Shown in pieces: positions 51,401-64,000 of a stretch of DNA of 64,000 nucleotides (the first letter of the stretch is position 1; every line of letters starts with the position of its first letter). The translations under genes and the position numbers were made by a program. This DNA comes from Phaeosaccion multiseriatum. Lineage: Eukaryota > Protista > Ochrophyta, other classes. Location: NCBI GenBank assembly GCA_965112735.1, contig OZ218964.1, positions 1,054,001-1,118,000 on the forward strand, in the 5' to 3' direction. The notes beneath the pieces were generated by a model that did not search any database, was not told the DNA's origin, and saw nothing but the letters and a program-made list of their open reading frames with translations.

Positions 51401-52231
51401 ATGATGCTGGAGGTGAAGGAGGTGGTGAGGGTGGTCAAAGAAACAGAGCGGAGGGTCAATGCGGCTGATAGGGCGTTGGTGAAGCAGTACCGGCGTTGGT
51501 CTGTGGGCCCCATGGTGCCCAAAAACCTATTGTGGTCGCCGCGTCAGCAATGCGCGGCTACTGTGCTGGCCTGGCTTTTGACTTCTTTCATCATCCTTTT
51601 GGGGTTGTGCTACCACCGCACCAGGGGGAAAGGTAATATTGGCTACAGGTTGTTATTGATTGCATTTACGGTCCTTGGAAGTGTAATAGTGCAGGTAGTG
51701 TGTGATCGATACGTGCGGCAGAGGGTCCCGATTGGGCAGTCGGTGCAGCAGGCCCAACACCAGCAGGAGGGAGGTGGGGGAGGAGAGGCTGAGGAGTTGG
51801 GGGGTCTGGTGCGCGCAAGGCAAGAAGAAGAAGAAGAAGAAGGAGGAGGAGGAGGAGGAGGCGGGGGGGATCCGCCCCTTGACTTCGCTGACGCTTCGGA
51901 GGCCTCGCAGCGCCTGAGGGACCTTCTCCTGGACACCAAAATGAGGCTGCATTACCATCAGCGTGGTCCCTTCTTCGAGGCGGCTTCACCAACCCTCACC
52001 GCCGACCTGCGCTCCGCTGTGAGCAATGTGGAGGAAAAAGTGAGGGGCGTCGAGCGGCTGGTGGAGGAGAGCCACTTGGCGGCGGAGAAGGAGGCCAGGA
52101 TAAGATTCGAAAACCGCTGCAAGCGTTTTTCACCCTGCTATTGGGTTTGCTCCATATGTTGGATGGCCTTCAGTGCGTGGTTCTGGTACGTTTACGTCGG
52201 GCCGTTCCTGCCAAAAGCATCTCCAATATAA
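51401..52231 (+). CDS. Unassigned membrane protein family, copy 3 (intronless, about 276 aa)
   Basis: Paralog of copies 1 and 2 with the same start context and C-terminal RFENR..F..CYWVC motif. Confidence 0.7.
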   Translation: MMLEVKEVVRVVKETERRVNAADRALVKQYRRWSVGPMVPKNLLWSPRQQCAATVLAWLLTSFIILLGLCYHRTRGKGNIGYRLLLIAFTVLGSVIVQVVCDRYVRQRVPIGQSVQQAQHQQEGGGGGEAEELGGLVRARQEEEEEEGGGGGGGGGDPPLDFADASEASQRLRDLLLDTKMRLHYHQRGPFFEAASPTLTADLRSAVSNVEEKVRGVERLVEESHLAAEKEARIRFENRCKRFSPCYWVCSICWMAFSAWFWYVYVGPFLPKASPI

Positions 52232-52553
52232 AAAGGGGAAAAAGGAGGGGGAATTATGAATTTTTTTAGACGAAATTAAGGCGAATTAAGATAAAAGGGC
52301 GTCAAAGAGCGTAAAAGGGCGTCAAATAGGGGGCTAAAGCGTCGTCAAACGTCGTCAAACGTCGTCAAAAAAGTCGTCATTTGGCGTTAAAAAAAATTAA
52401 TGGGGCGTAATTGGGCGTAAAAAGTGCCACTCAACCGCGAAATCACAGTATATGGCCCTTTCTCTTGCTGTTTTTTTTTTTTTTTCTTCTAAATTTCAAC
52501 CCCTCCCCCGCAGTCAAAGGATGGAGCACGCACGAGCACGCACTTCAGTCCCC

Positions 52554-57846
<5,293 letters not shown>

Positions 57847-58384
57847 GAAGGGAACAAGGCAAGGGGTGGGGGGCAGTAGGAGAGAGGGTTAGAGGGAGAG
57901 AGGGGAGAGAGGGGGAAGGAGGCAGGGGGCGAAAGAAGGGCAGACAGAGAGAGAGAGAGGGGAGGGGCCAAAGAAGGGCAGGAAGGGAGGCAGAGAGAGA
58001 GAGAGGGGAGGGGCGAAAGAAGGGCAGACAGAGAGAGAGGGGAGGGGCGAAAGAAGGGCAGAGAGAGAGAGAGGGAGCAAGAAGTAGGCAGATTGTGTGG
58101 TTCGTGGGTGCGTGGTCTTCATCCCATCTGCCGCTCTTGTCCAGCCCTTCGTCCCTGAGCTCACCCAATTCCTAATTACGTATGTTCTCGGAGAGGTTGA
58201 TTCCCACTAAGTCAATGTACTTCCCTCCCTGAGCAGCCCGCTATAAATGTAGGAGTCCCCTCTCTCTCTCTCGCCTTCCCTCCTCCACCTCCTCCCTCCT
58301 CCTCCTCCTCCTCCTCCTCCTCCTCCTCCCTCCTCCTCCCTCCTCCTCCTCTGAACTCAATCCCCCAATCCAATGCCATCTCAC

Positions 58385-59672
58385 CTGCGCAAAGCCGCTT
58401 TCAATCCCATCACTTCCTTCTCCTCGGGTTGGCCGCATGACCCCCCGTCCAATCTCTTCCCTTGCTTCTGTATCACCAACCGCTCCTCCTCCTCTCTCTC
58501 CCCCCTCCCCTCCTGGTGCTTTCCACAAGCTTCGGAGTCATCGCTCATGGGTGCAGGCGTGGAATTGGCGTTGTCCATCATCGCCAGCCACGCCTGAATA
58601 TGAAACGCCATAGGCATTGTTCATTGTTCACAGACATCGTTTCAAAGCGCGGAGAGAGAAATGGGGGACTATGAGTGAGCACATACACTTGGGGGTGAGT
58701 GAGTGAGGGAGTGAGTGAGGGAGTGAGTGCGTGGGTGAGTGAGAGCGTGAGTGAGTGAGTGCGCGAGTGAGTGCGTGAGTGTGAGTGAGTAGGTGACTGA
58801 ATGAGGTGAGGTGAGTGAGTGAGTGAGTGCGTGAGTGACTGCGTGAGTGCGTGAGTGAGGTGAGTGAGTGCGTGAGTGAGGTGAGTGAGTGGGTGAGTGA
58901 GTGAGTGAGTGGGTGAGTGAGGTGAGTGAGTGGGTGAGTGGGTGGGTGGGTGGGTGAGTGAGTGAGTGAGTGAGGTGAGTGCGGTGAGTGAATGAGTGAG
59001 CACACAAACTTGGGAGGGAGGGAGGGAGAGAGGGTTGAGAACGGGGGGGAGAGATGAGCGAGATGCAGGGTTGCGTGTGAGGAAGCGGGAATGAGTGAGT
59101 GGGTGAGTGAGTAAGCGGGAGTGGGTGAGTGGGTAAGCGAGTGCGTGGGTGAGACTGGGTGAGTGGGTGAGCGATTCAGAGAGTGAGAGAGTGAGAAGGA
59201 GTAACTGAGTTGAGTGAATGTATGCATGAGTGAGTGAGTGAGTGAGTGAGTGAGTGAGAACTGCCTGAAAACATTGGGCCAGAGGCAGGAGCAGATGTAG
59301 AGGCCGAGGCAGACGGAAGGCAGCAGATGTACATACAGACCTGCGGTAGGGCGGTGGTGGTGTGATGCGTCTGCGGGGGCCAGAACACGCCCCCGTCCAT
59401 CCCGCCGAGCTCGCGCTTGAGCAGTTGGTTCTCCACAGCTCTGCTGCCAGTGTGGTAGAGGCCGTCGTCCACGATGGACATGCCGATCTTGACGGACATT
59501 CTTCCGAGACTAAGATGACTAAAATTGGCTCCCGTGTGGGTGCCAGGACTGCTGCCGCCGCCGCCGCTGTTGGTGCTGCTACTGCTACTCGTAGTGGTCT
59601 CCTCCGTCTCCTCGACTCGGCTGGGACGATGTGTCCTTTCGCTCCTCGTCACACTTGGAGCTCGCAAATCAT

Positions 59673-59707
<35 letters not shown>

Positions 59708-62489
59708 GTAGTAGCAGCAGTTGGTGATACAGCGGCAGCAGCAGCAGGAGTAGGAGGAGGAGAGGCCTCAACGAAGGGCAAAATGGGCGTAAAGACGTCG
59801 TGCTTCTCGGTCCCGCAGCTCCGGTCGAGGCTGAGGGGGGCGAAGCAAAGTTGTCCTTGCCCTACCTTGACTGCTCCTCCTCCTCCTCCTCCTCCTCCTC
59901 CTCCTCCTCCTGCTGCTGCTGCTGCTGCTCCTCCTCCTCCTCCTCCTCCTCCTCCTCCTCTTCCTCTTCTTCCTCCTCCTCCTCCTCCTCCTCCTCCTCC
60001 TCCTCCATTACCACCTCCAGTCGTCCCTGCCGATGCCCAATAATCCCCATCTACCGAGAGAGTGACACAGACAGCGCTCTGCTTCGTCCATGCCCCCAGT
60101 CCCTCTCTCGTGGCGTGTACATACAACATCCTGGCCTGTCGAATAAAGACAACCCTCTGCTCTCTCTCCATAGCACTCAGAGGGCTCAGACGAAACGGCA
60201 CCTCCACATGCTGCTGACCCACGGTGAAGCTAAGTTTGGCCCTCACCTTCTTCCGCTTGTAGGGGTTGGGGTTGAGCTTGTGGTTACCGTGGTTGGGCAC
60301 CCCTCCTGCAAAACCCTTCTCCGCAGTCAGGAGGTAGAAGAGCAACAGCACTCGCCAGGTCCGACACTGGGGATCCAAGTGGTGCGGTGACCACACAAGC
60401 TCCCCCTTGTCAAAGCAAGACTTGCTGCCCGCCTCCAGCACCACTTTGGGCAGATGGCTAGACGAGATGCCCTCCCCGGCACCCCCTCCCCACTGCGTCT
60501 TGAGCACCAGGCCATCGTTGTAGGTTTCCGCTCCGTGGCCGTGTTGGCCGTGTCGGTGGTGGGGTTGCTGTTGGTGTTGCTGTTGGTGGTGTTGTTGTTG
60601 TCCACCACCTGACGAGGAGTCTGACAAGCCTTCTCCTCCTCCTCTTCCTGCACAGTCGCTCTCGCGTTCTGTTGCCTTTGCCTTTGCCCTCTCCTTCTTG
60701 TTGCATTCCTCTCCCCTGAGGAGGCGAGCCATACGTCCCGCCGAGGACAACATCGCCATCTGTTGCGTAACCACATGAATGCAGAGGTGGCACAGGTGCG
60801 CGATGGCTCCCTGCCGCAACACCATCGCGAGGGGCGGTGGTGCATCTCCTCCCCCTTCGGCCTCCGAGCCAGCTCCACAAGCCGTACCATCTTCTCCTCC
60901 TGCTCCTCCTGCTCCTCCTCCTCGCCCTCGTCCTCTTCGTCCTCCTCTTCCTCCTTTTCCCCTTCCTCCTCCTCCTCCTCCTCCTCCTCCTCCTCCTCCT
61001 CCTCCTCCTCCTCCTCCTCCTCCTCCTCCTCCTCCTCCTCCTCCTCCTCCTCCTCCTCCTCCTTCTCCTCTTTCTCCAACGGGCCCTCCTTCCTTGAGGA
61101 GAGTGCTAAACAGGTCAGGGGGGAAGCCTTCGTTGACGAGGTGGTGACTCAAGAGACGAAGCATCCTGTAGGTGGTGTGGTAGCCGAAGGAAAGCACGGA
61201 CTCGCCTGTGGATGGATCGAGCGTAGTCTCTGTGGCAGAGAAGCGAAGGCTGCACACATGGACATGATGTACATACACACACATACATACACGCACGCGC
61301 ACACACACACACACACGCGCGCATAATATGCGTATGCAAGATTAGAGAAGAGAGGCGGAAGCGACCTCCGGTGGGAATGCGCTGGAGGAAAGGGGAAGGG
61401 CGCAGACAGAGAGGAGAGGGACGGAGAGGGGGCGAGAGACAGACTCACTTGCATAGTGCGCACCGCTGTCGGCGGCACGTGAGTTTGTCCTCCTTGCGCT
61501 CCCTCCTCCTCTGCCTCTCCGCTGGATGATCATCGTGCTCGTCCCCTGTGTACCCCGACGCCTTGCCTCCCCTGCCCTTGCCTTTGCCCCTGCCCCGGCC
61601 ACAAGCCCCCCCCCTGCCCCTCGCTGCTGCTCCTGATTGTCCTTCTGCTTGGTCACTGCCTCCCACCGCCACGCGGCCCCCGGGGGTCCCCTCCTCTTCC
61701 TCCTCCTCCTGCTCCTCCTCGTCCTCATCTTCCTCCTCCGAGCTGTCGTTCGGGTGCCGCTCAGCCCATCCTCTTGCATCCAAGGGGCTTTCAAAGCCGA
61801 CTTTCATGTCTTTAACAGCCGAAAACCACATCTTGTCTGCCCCATCTCGAATAAAGTCGATCCAAATTTCGTCGATCCTTACCCTGACCCCAGTGCGAGC
61901 GAGCACCCCTGTCTCCAAGTGCTTGACAAGGGCCGTGCAGCTCTCTACGGAGCCTGTGAGGGGTGGGGAGCTGTGCACCTGTTTAGGGATGGATGGCAGT
62001 CGATGGATGGGTGATGCAGAAGGATGGCAGTGGATGGGTGGGTGGTGGGAAACGAAGGGGAGGACAAAGAACGGTACAACAAGTTGGGAGTGATGTACGT
62101 AAGAAGAGTACGCAAGTGTCACAGTCAGAGTGTCCCTTCCTTCCTTCCTTCCTTCCTTCCTTCCGTCCTCCCTCCCTCCCTCCCTTCCCACCAACTCACC
62201 TTCATGAGAGAGACGTCTTCGAACGGCTGGAGCATTGCCTGAGACAAGGCCGCCAGCAGCGTGGAGGAGGAGGAGGGGGGGGGGGAGGAGGGCGGGAGCG
62301 ATGGGTCTCCAGCCGCAGCTCCTCCCTTCTGTTGGGTGGCAGCTTGGACAGTAGATGGAGGAGCAGCTCCAATAGCTCCCTCGATCACCCCTCCTGATGC
62401 TAGACCCAGCGCCTGGGGATAGATGAACAGAGATATGTGCATTGGAACACGCACGCAAGCAAACGGACACGCGCACACGGACACGGACA

Positions 62490-62526
<37 letters not shown>

Positions 62527-63998
62527 CGCGCATACTGAGACTGACTCCCTCGCCCAGACTCGTTTTGTCCAAAGTTTTGGGCCGCAATGCAAGCAGTAGC
62601 AGCGGCAAACGAGTCACAACATCAAGAACAAAGGTTTCCGTACCTGCGTGTTGACGAGGTGCGAGGCTGAGACAACGTTGGACACAAGGAGAGCATCATC
62701 CGCCGCGGTGAGGGTGTCTCGGGCCTTGTCTTGCTTGTACCTAAAGACCCTCTCTTTCTGCAGGTGGAGGGCCTCAAGAGCGGCTTGGTTGGAGAGGAAG
62801 GGTGCTCGGTTGCTGATGACCCACACGTCGACTCCGTGGCCTGGCGTGCCGCCCATGGGATCCATCGAGCCGAGGTACGAGGAGAAGGAGGGTAAGATTT
62901 CCCCCTCTTCTCTTTCCCAGAACTCACTCACTCTATCCAGAACATACGCACACACACACACACACACACACAGGTACACACCCATGCACACGCACGCACA
63001 CGTACACACACATACACACACACGCTCACCTGCCCCCGTGTCTGTCCTCCTCCAGCGGTGTCTGTAGAGCGTCGCACGTGTACGGACCCCCCGGGGCTTG
63101 ACAAAGGCTTGCAGCACGCCTCGGTCCTCCCTGGGACCTAACAGCCTGCACATATACGTAAGTGCACGTAAGAGGGTGAATACGTACGTACTGTACTGGA
63201 CATATCATGTGGTGAACGCGACAGACAGAGTAGAGTGATGGGTCCAATAGAGAAGACATCGAGAGATAGACAGACAGGAAGATAGAAAGAATCGGTCCCC
63301 ATTCTATGCGTGTCTGGCAAGTCCATCGAGTCGAGAAGATTCTGCAGCTTGTGCTTATTAGCCTTGTTGTCCTTCTTTCTTTCAGTGTCTTCGCTCACGA
63401 AGGTATACACACACACCTTTGAAGTGTCGGCTTGAGTGTGAGGGGGGTGACCACGGTCGTGGTGTGTCGATCTCCACGCCCGGTCTTCATCGTCGGCCGA
63501 CGAAGAACAGCGACAACGGCGTGATTGGGATCGCCTCCATCCTGCCGCGTACCCTCCTCTGGAGTAGCTGGAGCTGAAGGACAGGACGACGGGGCACACT
63601 TCGCACCATCCTTATGTAATGCGCCAGACTTGTGCACGCCATCGCCTTTGGAAGCAGGGTGGGGCGATGTGGCGCGGGAGGAGGAGCAGTGCCCGTTCTG
63701 CTTCTTGAAGGCTCTGTCCAATTTGGCGTGCATGGTCCGCACCCATTCCTCGTTGCTGTCACCAGAAGGAGGTAGTGCCACCTTCTCCACGCATCCGTCT
63801 GCGGGTGCACCGAGGGGGGGGGGCAGGGAGGAGGGAAAGAGATTGGGGAAATGTCAAGGCTCTCCCTTGCTGGACGGCATAGTGGCAATTTTTCGAGGTG
63901 CAACCCTCTTCCGAACATGGTAGGACCCCCTTACCTGTTCCTGTGGCATACCAGGCGACCCGCTTGCCGCCTGCACCTCCGGGGATTGGAGTAACCAC
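58385..63998 (-). CDS. Large multi-exon hypothetical protein, 5' part (start beyond the window)
   Basis: Spliced globular-looking blocks VLQAFVKPRG...LYRHRW, IDEIWIDFIRDGADKMWFSAVK, CALC...LCHLC, WRVLLLFYLL, GVFWPP...ALPQAWLAMM; GT-AG borders at 63145, 62645, 62412, 62200, 61979, 61450, 61248, 59341, 58592 (approximate). Confidence 0.65.
58672..59257. repeat. Degenerate (GTGA)n intronic satellite
   Basis: Directly visible. Confidence 0.9.
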
Positions 63999-64000
63999 AA

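Overview
Eukaryotic, GC-rich, intron-rich genomic DNA saturated with microsatellites; most of the short overlapping ORFs are repeat artefacts. Gene content and style suggest a flagellated stramenopile/ochrophyte alga (inference). Manually spliced genes in order: a centriolin-like LRR/coiled-coil protein (-); a DIxG/NPLxP repeat protein (+); two divergent paralogous F-box-like genes separated by a transposon nest (two copies of one MITE, a small foldback element, a decayed CRE-like LINE); an atypical ARL6-like GTPase (+); an OxlT-type MFS transporter (-); EXO1 (+); an intronless NCKX exchanger (+); a 22-exon gene (-) that appears to fuse an anoctamin/TMEM16 to an extended-synaptotagmin SMP-C2-C2 module; three tandem intronless unassigned membrane-protein paralogs with hypervariable TM segments (+); and a large uncharacterised multi-exon gene (-) running off the right edge. 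The top candidate for a new system is the TMEM16-SMP-C2 fusion, a putative scramblase or channel plus lipid shuttle in one polypeptide. Also notable is a 12-bp motif (GTTGGTGATACA) dispersed through CAG tracts in both coding and non-coding DNA. All exon models are read by eye and lack transcript support.
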